From Octopus sinensis (taxonomy: Eukaryota), in NCBI RefSeq assembly GCF_006345805.1, contig NC_043017.1, positions 16,120,001-16,184,000 of the forward strand: DNA of 64,000 bases, in the 5' to 3' direction. The notes under the pieces were generated by a model. It was not told the DNA's origin and did not search any database. It saw only the letters and a program-made list of their open reading frames with translations. The first letter of the stretch is position 1. Each line of letters starts with the position of its first letter. Positions 13,905 through 28,417 of this stretch are shown piece by piece. A program made the position numbers and the translations under genes.

Positions 13905-15751
13905 ACATGAAGCAGAAATTTGAAATCCTTTTATTCCCTCTGTTCCATATGTTTCTGTGTTCGATAACTGTATCATCTTTTAGTCCTATTCGGACCGCTC
14001 AGTGGAATCATGAAACAGCGGCCGTTTCACGTCATTATTATGAAAAGCGGCAACCAAAGCGGTCATTTGGTCGTGCATCCATTTCCGTTTAAATATGATA
14101 TTTTATGCTTCTTTTTCTTTCAGGAACAGCTTGGTATATTGCTGACCAGTCAACGGCGTTGGAGAGCATAAAGGTTAAAGTTGTAATGGAGAAAAAGTTA
14201 GCTGACATGGAGGACTGGAAGCCATCTGAATATTGTAAAAGAGTCACCTGGATCATAACGATTCCCACAGGGGATCAAAATGCTCGCATCATTTCTGAAG
14301 CTCAACACTGAATATTTTAAAGACTGTAAGATGTGGCGTGGATGGCTGAAACTGAGACTTCAAAGCTGTGACCAGCAGGAAGTGGCACAGCAAGAGTTCT
14401 CACTGCTTCTGCACAACAAGGTTCATCCCCACAGGACCTCAGGCTCAATTCTGATGGTTATGTAAAACTGTTGGAGACTGTGGCCAGTCTCTGGCCGGGG
14501 TAGGTTGCTGCTAGAAGATCATGTGTGGCAGCAGGATTCGACTTTTTGCCATGTCTCTGGAAAGATTTAGAAGCCGTTGTCTGACAATTTCTAACCCTAA
14601 CCCTAACTCGAATCTCCCCACCCCCGGATTGCAACCCCATGGATTACTATATGTGGGGGGGGGGGTTAAGAAAGACACTAACCGTTCTGTCTGCAGCACC
14701 GAGGCCAAGCTGGTGGCCAATATCAAGGTGTTCGAAGTGAGGAACATATGCGCCAGGTTCCCCAACCGTGTTGAGGCCATGTCGGCAGTGGTAGCAGTGG
14801 TGCTTGTAGTGGTGGGGGACCGAAGGGGGGTGGGGATGGGGGCGGGGTTACTTTGAGTAAGTTGTTGTCTCCCAGCCGTAATTTAGTGAATATTTTCTGA
14901 TTTGATGAAACACTTTTCCTTTTTCACGGGAATTTATGGGTTACTGCATTTTCTTTTCCATTTGGGCAAACGACAAATCTTGCTCCAACACCCTGCACAC
15001 ACACACACACGCACACACAAACACACACACACACACACACACATACACACACACACAAATATATAGATACATACATAAAATATACAATACACACACCCAT
15101 GCACACACATACACTCACACAGACATACACACAGACACACACATTCTCTCTCACACACACAGACACACACATTCTCTCTCTCTTACACACACTCACGCAC
15201 TCTCTCTCCCTCTCTCTCTGCCTCTCTCTCTCTCTCTCTCACACACACACTCACAACGTTAGCGTTTTCGTATGTTTATTCAAATCATTCACTTAGTAAA
15301 TGACTCAAAATACGAGAAGAATCAAAATATTTAATTAAGACAGAAATACGGAGCGGTTTAAACCCCCCCTCCCCAACACACACACATGTATATATGTAAG
15401 TATATGACGCTTGTGTGTGTGTGTGTGTGTAGAGAAGGGTGTACAGTACAATGCGTATTTATAGATACTTTTACCTGTGTTAATCATGTCACGCTCAATC
15501 CAGCGTGACCGACAGGGGGTGGTTCTGCAGGGGTACAGGAAGACTGCCCCCACCCGTCTATCATAATAACACACACTTCTTATTAGTTTACCCGGGGTAG
15601 GATACGATAACATTTGATCTATACACACACAACCATATGGCATATGTGTGTGTGTGTGTGCATATGTGCGATCTTTGTATGTGTGTGTATGTGTACGTAT
15701 GTAAATATATATATATGTATGTATACACACACATATATATATACATATACA

Positions 15752-15803
<52 letters not shown>

Positions 15804-15856
15804 ATATATATATATAATACACATATATATATATACATACATATATATATATATAT

Positions 15857-15896
<40 letters not shown>

Positions 15897-16104
15897 ATAC
15901 ACATAGAGTGATAGATGGAGGTATAAATAGTTGTTTATTCCTGATTCTATTTGTTCTACACACCGTATTTATATACATACATGCGTACATGCATATACGT
16001 TGTCAAACAAGAAAACATACACATTTGTAAATGTATGTACGTTTGTGAGAGAGTGTGTGTACGTGTGTGTGTGTATTTGTCTGTGTGTAAAGACATATCT
16101 AAAT

Positions 16105-17379
16105 ATATGTATGTATGTATATATATATATATATATATATAAATACACACACACACATATATATATTTCTTTACTACCCACAAGGGGCTAAACATAGAGG
16201 TGACAAACAAGGACAGACAAAGGGATTAAGTCGATTACATCAACCCCAGTGCGTAACTGGTACTTAATTTATCGACCCCGAAAGGATGAAAGGCAAAGTC
16301 GACCTCGGCGGAATTTGAACTCGGAACGTAACGACAGACGAAATACTGGTACGAATTTCGCCCGGCGTGATAACGTTTCTACCAGCTTGCCGCACATACA
16401 TATATACACACATATATATATATATACATGTATGTACATGTACTTACCTACCTACCTTTCCTTCTCCCTAATTCTCATTTCTTCTCCAACTCTCTATCTA
16501 TTTGATCTACCTGCCTCTCTATCTATCTATCTGTCTATCTTCCAATCTATCAACCTATCTGCGTATATTTCTCCTAATAGATTGGATTTGTTATAGGTAG
16601 ATCCAATTTAATCTTGGAGTTTTTTTCCTTTCCTGTCTCCTTCTCAATGTCTCTATTAACGATATGCTCTACATCTTTACACACACATAAATGAATACCT
16701 GCACGTATATATATGTCTATATATGAATGCGTATGTGTACTATCTATATATTTTTTTATATCTATGTACATATGTATATACATACATATATATATGTTTA
16801 TCTTTAATTAATTCTGTGTATATATGTAGAAAAACAGACGTATGTGTACGTATGCGTCTACGTTTGTATAGAGTGTCTACATATGTATATGTATTCGTAA
16901 ATGCACATATATGTATGTGTGTATATGTACTCCAGAAACGAAATCAGAGACCATAGCGCGAAATACATACACACCTCTCTCAGCCGACCGCCATATTGAC
17001 ACATTTGTATAATTGCAGACCAGAGATCGTCTGCCACAATCAATGTCGGCTGCAACTGTTTAGCGAGGTTTTTAAGACATCTTAAACCCCCACCAGGTCT
17101 TCCTTTCGTACTTGATCTTGAAGAAACAACATTGAACTTGTTACTCTGTTTGCTTTCTCAGCACCGGAATTTTTATTTCCATCGCATTATTTGCCATTCT
17201 ACAACAACAGCCCCTGCTCCACTCATCCATCGCACCAATAGAAACAACAGCAACAAAAACAATCTTTTTTTGGTATGGCACTGACAGAATGGAAGAGATT
17301 AAGTGAATGAAACAAAAATACTAAAATAATATGTATGTACGCATACATTTATGTGCAGATACATACATATATATGTATG

Positions 17380-17415
<36 letters not shown>

Positions 17416-18634
17416 CACACACACACATATATATATTTCTTTACTACCCACAAGGGGCTAAACATAGAGGTGACAACAAGGACAGACAAAGGGATTAAGT
17501 CGATTACATCAACCCCAGTGCGTAACTGGTACTTAATTTATCGACCCCGAAAGGATGAAAGGCAAAGTCGACCTCGGCGGAATTTGAACTCGGAACGTAA
17601 CGACAGACGAAATACTGGTACGATTTCGCCCGGCGTGATAACGTTTCTACCAGCTTGCCGCACATACATATATACACACATATATATATATATACATGTA
17701 TGTACATGTACTTACCTACCTACCTTTCCTTCTCCCTAATTCTCATTTCTTCTCCAACTCTCTATCTATTTGATCTACCTGCCTCTCTATCTATCTATCT
17801 GTCTATCTTCCAATCTATCAACCTATCTGCGTATATTTCTCCTAATAGATTGGATTTGTTATAGGTAGATCCAATTTATCTTGGAGTTTTTTTTCCTTTC
17901 CTGTCTCCTTCTCAATGTCTCTATTAACGATATGCTCTACATCTTTACACACACATAAATGAATACCTGCACGTATATATATGTCTATATATGAATGCGT
18001 ATGTGTACTATCTATATATTTTTTTATATCTATGTACATATGTATATACATACATATATATGTTTATCTTTAATTAATTCTGTGTATATATGTAGAAAAA
18101 CAGACGTATGTGTACGTATGCGTCTACGTTTGTATAGAGTGTCTACATATGTATATGTATTCGTAAATGCACATATATGTATGTGTGTATATGTACTCTC
18201 CAGAAACGAAATCAGAGACCATAGCGCGAAATACATACACACCTCTCTCAGCCGACCGCCATATTGACACATTTGTATAATTGCAGACCAGAGATCGTCT
18301 GCCACAATCAATGTCGGCTGCAACTGTTTAGCGAGGTTTTTAAGACATCTTAAACCCCCACCAGGTCTTCCTTTCGTACTTGATCTTGAAGAAACAACAT
18401 TGAACTTGTTACTCTGTTTGCTTTCTCAGCACCGGAATTTTTATTTCCATCGCATTATTTGCCATTCTACAACAACAGCCCCTGCTCCACTCATCCATCG
18501 CACCAATAGAAACAACAGCAACAAAAACAATCTTTTTTTGGTATGGCACTGACAGAATGGAAGAGATTAAGTGAATGAAACAAAAATACTAAAATAATAT
18601 GTATGTACGCATACATTTATGTGCAGATACATAC

Positions 18635-18655
<21 letters not shown>
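16105..18655. repeat. Near-identical tandem duplication, unit ~1268 bp
   Basis: 16141 aligns to 17411 and 17281 to 18549; the differences seen are 1-2 nt indels. Confidence 0.93.
16163..16392 (-). mobile_element. SINE family A, near full length (duplicate at ~17433-17660)
   Basis: Reverse complement of the 36176-36406 element. Confidence 0.85.
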
Positions 18656-18669
<14 letters not shown>

Positions 18670-18767
18670 TGTATATTTACATATATATGGAGGAATGTGA
18701 GTGTGTGTGTATACATATACACATATATATATATGTATGTATCTATCTATATACATACATACATACG

Positions 18768-18865
<98 letters not shown>

Positions 18866-19799
18866 GTCAAACCACCACTTAGAGGACTCCTGGGTGGGTC
18901 ATAGCGGTGACATGTATATATATATATATATACATGTTTATGTGTGTGTGTGTTTGTTTCCCCGCCATCGCTTGAAAACCAGTGTTGGTGTGTTTACATC
19001 CCTGAAACTTACCGTTTCGGCAAAAGAAACCGATAGAATAAGTACTAGGTTTACAAAAAATAAGTCCTATATATATATACATATGCGGTCATATATATGT
19101 ACATATATGTAAACGCATTCACATATATATCCTGTAAAATCAATAAAATCAAATAGAAATATCTATCTCTCCAAGTTTCTCTCAGTCTATCTATCTGTCT
19201 GTCTGCCTGCCTGCCTTGTCTGTCTGTCTGTCCGTCCGTCCATCTCAAATGTATCTACGTGTTGTGTATGTAAATATCCGTACAGATCTACGTAAATGAA
19301 CTGTACCTCATTATTTCTTATCCGTGACACCCCAGCCCGCCCCACGGCGTCTCACCACACCTAATGTCACCGCTATGACCCACCCAGGGGTCCTCTAAGT
19401 GGTGGTTTGACACGCTAGAAACAACTGACAACATGCCCTCAAATTACTCCCCATTATCTTATAAAAAGAATACATTACCAGCATAACCAGACATGGCTTT
19501 GGGCTTTTTACACAGCAGGATGGTCATGGTTAGAATGCTTAGGATTATAGGTTTGTTTGGTTAGAGTTGACCTGGGGTTAAAAAACACAACAACAACAAC
19601 TGCAGCAACGGCAGCAACAGCAGCAGCTCACCTTTCCTTTCTACGATATGATTTGTGCGCGCGCACACAGCGCACACAGCGCACAAAAGTGGTTCTTTTA
19701 AATGTCGCAGCAATTAATATTTTTATTAGTAATTAATAATTATACTTAAAATAATAATTAAAAAACGCTCTGTTTTACTATTTTACCAATAGTCTACAT

Positions 19800-20160
19800 T
19801 TTACTTGTTTTAGTGGTAGAACTGCGGTCATGCTGGAGCAAATTGACCCCAGAACTTGTTTTTAAAGCCTGGTACTTATTCTGTCGTCTGTTTTGTCGAA
19901 CCGCTAAGTTACAGGGGCGTAAACAAACAAACACCGGTTGTCAGGCTCTGGTGGTGGTGGTGGGATAAACACAGACGCAAAGACACACACACACATATAT
20001 ACACGGCGGGCTTCCTCACAGTTTCCGTCAAGCAAATTTACTGACAAGGTATTGGTTGACCCAAGGCTACAGTAGAAGACACTTGCCCAAGGTGGCGCAT
20101 AGTAGGACGGAACCCGAAACGATTTGGTCGCAAAGCGAAAATCGTAACCACCCGGCCATA
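19800..20160 (-). mobile_element. SINE family B
   Basis: Reverse complement has GGCCGGGTGGTT...GGGTTCCGTCC...ccttgggcaagtgtcttc plus the 3' body. Confidence 0.75.
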
Positions 20161-20218
20161 ACCATTTTGAGAAACTTCATAAACATCAATTAAAGAAATG
20201 GCTGGAGTTGTTTGTGGA

Positions 20219-20432
20219 AGGCGGCGAGGAGCTGGCAGAGTGGTTAGCACGCCGGGTGAAATGCGTAGCCGTATTTCGTCTGCCGTTACGTTCTGAGTTC
20301 AAATTCCGCCGAAGTCGACTTTGCCTTTCATCTTTTCTGGGTCGATATATTAAGTACCAGTTGCGTACTGGGGTCGATCTAATCGACTGCCTTACTCCTA
20401 TAAACATTCGGGCCTTGAACCTAGAGTAGAAA
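20219..20432 (+). mobile_element. SINE family A
   Basis: GAGCTGGCAGAGTGGTTAGC A box, GAGTTCAAATTCC B box, gtcgactttgcctttcatc central domain. Confidence 0.85.
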
Positions 20433-21980
20433 AGGATATATTGTATGTGAATTTTTTGACGGAGTTTTGGATGTGTTCCCCTTCGAAGTAAGGACGGCGA
20501 GATAAGGGTGGGTGGGCGGAATGTAGAAAATCGAAATAAAAAAAAATTCTTTAGAATCTTAATTTCCATTATAAGAAAAACAAGAATATTTAATTTAAAA
20601 AGGGAAAACTATTCTTTTTATTTCTCACAAGGTTTGGAACATTGAAGGACAGCTACACTCCGCCTACGGTGTAAAACTGGTACAACATCGATTTTTCCGG
20701 AACCTCTGATTCCAAGGCCTTTCCATATTACTGGTTTTACTGAACTAGAGGTGGTCACCTTGATCAACACTCTAAATTAAACAAATACTAAATTTACTCA
20801 AATGATTTAACAAAACACAGTTATCTGTGTATTAGTATAAATAATACAAGTTTTGTGTTAGTACTACGCTGTGCATGGTATTGTGAAAACAGGGCTGCCC
20901 ACTAAAATAGTTTGGAGGCGGCGAGAATGTGAAGTTCCTCCCTGTAAATTAGTGCGGATTATAAGTGGTTCCAGACCATTATTGTCCGGAAAGTCGGTTT
21001 CTTAATGTTCCTTTCAGATTATTTCGCTTTCATCTTTTCGGGGTCGATAAATTAAGTCCCTGTCGAGCTCTGAGGTCGATGTAATCGATTTTTCCCCTAC
21101 TCCACCCCGGAATTGCTGGCATCGTACCAAAATTTGAAACCAGTATGTTTTCTTTAAAATAACAGTTATAAATTTTGACACAAGGCTATCAATTTTAAGG
21201 GGAGAAACTTAGTCAATGCTATGGACCTCAGTATATTACTGGTATTTTATTTTATTGATCCCGGAAGGATGAAAAACAAAGTTGACCTCGGTGTGATATG
21301 AACTAATGACGTAAAAAGCCGGAGCAAAGACAACAAGGTATTTTTGTTAAAGTTGTTACAACCCTATCGGTTCGTCGCCTCGGATTACGCTGAAATAATA
21401 TTCGAACAAAAGTTTGGGGTTTTGTCGGTAGGGAGTAGGTTTAATAGGCCGCCATTAAAATATATTAAAAGTGATTTATGAGTTAAGACAGAGAGGATAT
21501 AGGAAGATTATCTCGGAGTCACTTTAAGTTTTATGTTTCCATAAGAGTTCAGAGAGGAAATACTTTTGCAACAAGGGAAAGACTGACACGATAAAAGACT
21601 ATTTGTTTATTGCGACTGCCAAAGATCAGAAGGAGCACTGTCTCACTAACCCAGTAACTGAGCCTCACCATGCGCCACACCCCAGTAATCTCCGCCGTGC
21701 CCCACCGAGCCTCACAACTCCAAACTCTCTCTCCTTCTACATCTTCCTTACTAAACGTAATGCGACAATCCTCACCTCCCCACATCACCGTTATCGAAAC
21801 CCACTAATCTATTCTTTCAAAGATCACCAGACTCGGTTGAGCACCGAGACGCCTCATTCCTGAGAATACGATCTCTTAGGAAGTGAGTTCAATGTCAAGT
21901 ACTTTCCACTTCAAGTAGTTTCATCCCGTGTGTTATAAAAACGTGTATTTTTCTGTACATTTGTTCGTCCTGAAGAGTTT

Positions 21981-22459
21981 TAAAGTCAACGTCACGTTAC
22001 TGTTGACGCAGAGATTCTGACACCGCCTAATGAGAGACAGAGTCCTTGAAACAGAAAGACTTATAATAGAAGAGCAAAGGTCATACTGATTTCTTTTGTA
22101 CAGTGTGTATCAGTGCTTAATCTCTCCACCTATTCTTACATGGCATTAACGTAATGTTATAGCCCCAAATAATTCAAAATATATATGGACATTTGATCAG
22201 CAGATTTGGTGAAAAAAACCTTGCCATTAGTAATCGTGATGTACCATGTGGAGTATACATACGTACGTTATTACTAAGGGTTTATATCCTTTATATATAT
22301 ATATATTCATATACATACTTACTCACACAAATAAACACACACACATCTATACATATATAAATGTGTGTGTCTGTGTTACTGCTTCAACTGTAAGCTACCT
22401 GCAGTGTATATATACGTATATCATATAAATATAAATATATATATAATATATATATATAT

Positions 22460-22492
<33 letters not shown>

Positions 22493-22955
22493 TATGTATA
22501 TATATATTTATATGATATACGTATATATACACTGCAGGTAGCTTACAGTTGAAGCAGTAACACAGACACACACATTTATATATGTATAGATGTGTGTGTG
22601 TTTATTTGTGTGAGTAAGTATGTATATGAATATATATATATATAAAGGATATAAACCCTTAGTAATAACGTACGTATGTATACTCCACATGGTACATCAT
22701 GATTACTAATGGCAAGGTTTTTTTCACCAAATCTGCTGATCAAATGTCCATATAAATTTTGAATTATTTGGGGCTATAACATTACGTTAATGCCATGTAA
22801 GAATAGGTGGAGAGATTAAGCACTGATACACACTGTACAAAAGAAATCAGTATGACCTTTGCTCTTCTATTATAAGTCTTTCTGTTTCAAGGACTCTGTC
22901 TCTCATCAGGCGGTGTCAGAATCTCTGCGTCAACAGTAACGTGACGTTGACTTTA
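21981..22955. repeat. 450-bp inverted duplication (21981-22430 / 22506-22955) with 75-bp microsatellite spacer
   Basis: About 3 mismatches seen; identical 60-aa ORFs on opposite strands; degenerate CT(G/A)ATGA...GAAAC motif near the outer ends. Confidence 0.93.
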
Positions 22956-23340
22956 TATATATATATGTATATATATATATATGTATGTACATGCATGTAC
23001 ATACGTACGTATATAAAAAAAATTAATAATTAAAATAAAAATAATAATAAAAATTAGAAAAAAATTTATATATATATATAAATTTATAAGTATAAATTAA
23101 TAATTAAAAAAATTTTTAATTTTAATTTTAATTCAAATAATTTAAATTTTGAATTTTATATATTTTGTATATTATATTAATTTTTTTAATTTCTATGTAT
23201 TGGTTTATGTCTATCACTGTTTGATTTGCCTAATAGTGGTTTTATCTCTAATTTAATATATATATTTATACTGTAAAATTAGATTTAATCCTGAATCTAT
23301 TTTTCCCTGTAAGTTTGGATTTACTTCCTAATAATATTAT

Positions 23341-23433
<93 letters not shown>

Positions 23434-24153
23434 CACGCATGTATTGGGCAGTGAAGGTAATTTGAACATTTTCTTTAAATGTTATGTTTACTCCTACACA
23501 CAATACTATCCTCTACACCACCGCATCGCGGTCACCACTACCACCACTACCACCAACACCACCAACACCACTATCATCATCATCATCATCATCAACTGCA
23601 ACACCCCCATCGCCCCTGCCTCCATTCCATCCTTACAACCACCCATTAACAGTACACCATTGTCAGGTGTTGTCTGGGATATAACGTCAGGTTTCCCAAC
23701 ATGTGTTCCAAATACTCGTTACTCCTCACTATGAGTATCTGTGTGTGGGAGGGTGTAGACAGACATGTGTGCACACACGCACACTCAACACACACACACA
23801 CACACACACACACAACCACTCATACACACACACACACATGCATACATATGCATCTACACACATATATATATATGTGTGTGTGTGTGTGTGTATAGATATG
23901 TATGTGATATGTATACATGGCTACATTTGTGTTTGCATATTTACAGATGTTGTTGTTGGTATTGTTGTTGCTGTTGTTGTTGGTATTGTTGTTGTTGTTG
24001 TTATTACTCAACTTTAAGCCAGTAATTAAAGACGGGGATTCTATTCCCGGTCTTAACAAACTCTCTATTTACATCTCTTCTGATAAACTGACTCGAAATA
24101 TCTCCAGAATTTACTCCTCAATCTCTCATTCACTCGCTCGATCACAATCCCTC

Positions 24154-24216
<63 letters not shown>

Positions 24217-24379
24217 CTCTCCCCCTCTCTCTCACACATTGTAAACAGCCGTGGGCAGGCGCTGACTCTGCATGTAAACTTCTGAGCTGTTCACTATGCA
24301 CTTGTAGTTGGTCCCGCAGAGAATAAGTGCGTACGCACATGTGTTTGCGCGCGCGTGTGTGCATATATATATATATATC

Positions 24380-25375
24380 TTCTCATAATAACAAACTGTT
24401 AAATATTAATACATTTACTAATACTAACATTAATTTAGCTACTACCATCCAACCCTCTAGAAATATTAATAACAAGGTTATTGTATCTGAAGTCAATCCC
24501 AATAGAATTAAATTTATGTCAAGTAACTCTAAGATTAAAAATTCTATATACCAGTGTATAATCAGTACTCGTAATAAAGTACGATTTTACATTGGAAGCA
24601 CATCGTTAGAGTTATCTAAGAGAATTTCTATCCATTACTCAACATTAGAGATAGAAATAAACGGAATAGTACCGTCTCAGCAAACTGATTTGGAATTTAA
24701 AAGACCACAATGAACAATTTCATTTGGAATGGTTGATCCTCTCAATTTCGATACCATATGACAAAGGCAAGAAATTCTGTCTTCTCTGCAATTCTGAGCT
24801 ATTTTTCATTATTTTTTCTAAAAATACTCTAGTAAACACGGTTATAGAACGAGCATACAGATGTAAGCATTGGCAAAGCATACTTTTAGTGCATATAAGT
24901 AGTCTCTATCATTATATATAGTTTAGACTTTAATTTCCTTTATTTAACATTCACTATTCAATCCCTACTCTTTCTGTTAGCTACTTATGACGTTATATCA
25001 CATAACGTTTTTTTAACAATATTAATAGCGCTCTGTCTATCGCTATACGAATCCATCATTTGCTAAAATGTCGTATTGACAAGTTTCGTTTTTTTTTTTC
25101 ACTTTCCCGAAGAGAAGATTGCATTTGTTTATTACCTTTTATTCTTTTGAATTAAGTATCAGTGGAATTTTTGAAACATATGTAGAAAGAAAAAAAATCT
25201 TGTTTAAACCTGCGTTGACTCCATTTTTTATTCCTATTATTCAAATATTCACGTAAACACGAAGTTCAACCTTTATAAGCAAGGAGTTACAACATCTTTA
25301 CTTGTGAGATTTTGCTGCCCTGGTAACTATTCATTCATTTATCCGTGTTAATTGTTAACAAGGTAAAATACACTC
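24380..25375 (+). mobile_element. PLE 3' fragment: GIY-YIG endonuclease pseudogene (Naiad-like) plus HHR terminus
   Basis: SIYQC...FYIGST...KRISIH, LIWNLK, PY....FCLLCNSE...CKH across frameshifts. Confidence 0.8.
25102..25189 (+). ncRNA. Type I hammerhead ribozyme (U4C)
   Basis: CTTTC-CCGAAGA-GAAGATT[~45 nt]AATTTTT-GAAA-CATATG-TA-GAAAG; palindromic stem III ACATATGT; lies downstream of the GIY-YIG remnant. Confidence 0.75.
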
Positions 25376-25453
<78 letters not shown>

Positions 25454-26070
25454 TATATATAGTACGATGTGTGTGTGTGTGTTGTGTGTGTACAAACACA
25501 CACACACACACACACACATCGTACATAAATGAAAAAGAGCATGGGCAGAAGTTGGTGCTTCCTAATTGCGACCGTTACATATGTTTCAGCATTCGTCAGC
25601 GCATGACGTCACACTGCAGATGCAACTTTCGGGGCCAGCATGGAGCAAACACACACCGCCAGGCAACCAAATACAGGAGTACGAAGGCAATGGCCCCACG
25701 TCTCTTTTCGTCTCATTGTTGCTTTGCTCTTTGTAGTACGTCATGGTCCACCGTCGGATACAGCCAAACTGTGTGCGCGACTGACGGGAGACGTTTTACA
25801 CGGCTAACCGAAATTTATGTTGTTCATACATACATACATACATACGTACATACGTGCATACATACATACGTGCATACATACATAAATACATACATACATA
25901 CACACATACATAAATACATACATACATAAATACATACATACATACATACATACATACATACATACATACATACATACATACATACACACATACATACATA
26001 CATACATACATACACACATACATACATACATACATACATACATACATACATACATACACACACACATACA

Positions 26071-26103
<33 letters not shown>

Positions 26104-26725
26104 GCAAATGCCCTGGTGTGTACATCAAAGGCATGTCAGAACCAGCAGGTATTCACACCTTTAAAAACAAGGAATACTGACCCAAAGAAATCATTCAATT
26201 TGTTGCAAACATAACAGACCTGATATTGTTCTGTGGGACAGGGGAAGAAAAGTCCTGCACTGTTGTAGAGGTCAGCTGCCCAGCAAACGTGAATGGAGGA
26301 CAATGAAAAGTCCAGGAGAACATTTGTGGTGAATTAATGCAGAACTTGTACCCTGTCTGTGAATTCTCATTTGTAGCTATCATTATGGGTGTATTAGGTT
26401 ATTCACCGACAAATTTACACAAAAACCTAGAAATACTCAGTTTCACGGAGAAAGAGTAAAAGAAACTGATGTCAAGCCTCCGAATCCAATTTGTTTGTGG
26501 CACAGTGAAGATCTGTAAAACATTCTAGAAATTCTCCATATGAGAATCTTATGTAAATAGATGTATATACACTTGGGTGTATATACATCGACAGTTCAAC
26601 CAACACACCAACTCAACCACAGATTCACAAACATTGGGAACTCTCTTAACTCGAAAAAGTTTTGTTGCTTTGTTAGCAACCGGTTTGAACTCTCTTAAGG
26701 ACTTAGACTAGGCTCAAAGAAAAAT
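26104..26725 (+). mobile_element. 3' fragment of an R2-group (R4/NeSL-like) non-LTR element, REL endonuclease domain
   Basis: CKHNRPDIVLWD / CTVVEVSCPA / FVAIIMGVLG / GTVKICKTF across frameshifts; (CATA)n on both sides. Confidence 0.8.
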
Positions 26726-27261
26726 CATACATACATACAAACACATACACATATACAAAATCGTTTACCACTGAATGCGTTATAGAATATCTTTTACTTG
26801 TGACACACACACACACACACACACGTGAAACAGAAGCAGCCGATAATGTTTATCACACTACAAATAAACATTAATGGCCACACATACTTAACGTATATAT
26901 GCAACACGGATTTGCTGGTAGGATGCTAAATGGCGTGGTAGCGATTACTCTCTCAAAGAGCCAGGTGTTAAAACACCTGAAAGTCATGGGCAGGAGAGAC
27001 CACTCATCCCAAATCCCATTCAGTAAGGATGGACATTAATGCTTCGCCATTTTTGTGGCTTATCAACATTATGTACTCGAACTGAATCGGAGGTGAATCG
27101 CACAACCAGTCCACAGCTTAGATGCATGGAGTGTAAAAGCTATGTGCTGGGATATTATTTTATCTCACTTAAACACACGCACGCACGCGCACGCACGCAC
27201 GCGCACGCACGCACGCACGCGCACGCACGCACGCACGCACACGCACGCACGCACATACACA

Positions 27262-27290
27262 CTGATGAAGTCATAAATTCGACCGAAACA
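27262..27290 (+). ncRNA. Partial hammerhead core
   Basis: CTGATGA-AGTC ataaattc GACC-GAAAC; stems I and III not recoverable. Confidence 0.45.
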
Positions 27291-27649
27291 TACCATTCCT
27301 AGTTGTCCCTTACCTCTAAACCACGAACAAGCTCTCATTCTCTCAAGCATGCTAAGCTAATTGAGAACTTCTGTCAGTATGGGTACTTTGATAAGAATGA
27401 AAATGTGAGCCTCATGGTTTCTTTTTGTTCAACAAAATTGAGAACTGTTTTGATGCAATTAACGTGTCTTTACAGAGATGATGGACTCAGGATTTTCGTG
27501 TAATAACTCAAACCTTCGTGTAATAACTTTAAGACACAACTAATCAAATGGCCTCATGGTATCAGTCGAAGCGCACTTTACAGCGGTAAACTTCCCGGAT
27601 GTCATACTTAAACTAAACTCGAAATTGTACAGAAAGGACTAATAGAAAG

Positions 27650-28000
27650 CTATCCCTGTAAATGTGTGCAGAGGTGGCGAACGTGCACGCCGCCGCCCCA
27701 GTCCGTCGTGTATTACCGCCGCAAAATCCTGCCTCTCTCAAATTTCCTTTGTAGAAGGAGCGCCTTCCTGAGGGCTGCGAGGAATGTGCTGTCCCCGGTA
27801 AATTTGCTGAAAGGTGGTTGAATGTGTCGAGGATTGTCCGAGTGAGTTGGTCTACAGTAAGCTGGCGTCTGAAGGCTGAGGAGTCCGGAGGATAACGGAG
27901 CACTTGCCGATGAACTCCTGGTGACCAGGGTGGTTCGGGATGAGTGAGGTGCCCTTGGGTGCCCTTGGGTGCCCTTGGGTGGCGTTTCTCCAACATTGTG
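27650..28000 (-). pseudogene. Possible decayed Gypsy (CsRn1-like) gag fragment
   Basis: GC-rich island; GFC...RRxGAAA...CTFTG resembles a degenerate CWYHxxFGxxAxxCxxPC knuckle. Weak. Confidence 0.3.
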
Positions 28001-28378
28001 GAATTCATTTCAGGAATTTTTTTTTAATTGCCATTATTTTTATTTGATTATACGGTTCTATGTAACCCATCACCATAGTGCTCTGCCTTTGTATTGTCCT
28101 AAATGCTTTTCGCGGCCCGTGTAGCTAATGAAGAAAATATGATTATCATCAGCATCATCATCATCATCATCGTCGTCGTCGTCGTCGTCGTTGTCATAAT
28201 CCTCATCACTTTTCTCCATTTCATTATCAATTTCCAATGTTTATTTTGTCTGAAGTAAAATATAGTTGCAGGCAAAATATTGTAAATTGATAATGAATTG
28301 AACAAAATGATGATGATGATGATGATGATGACAACGACGACAACGATAGTGATAATAATATAATAATAATAATAATAA

Positions 28379-28416
<38 letters not shown>

Positions 28417-28417
<1 letters not shown>

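Noticed and set aside
14188-14460. Possible Tc1-like transposase N-terminal relic
   Set aside because: Too degenerate; no TIR or catalytic motif found.
14590-14608. CTAACCCTAACCCTAAC telomere-like repeat (also near 58940)
   Set aside because: Fewer than three units; too short to call an interstitial telomere.
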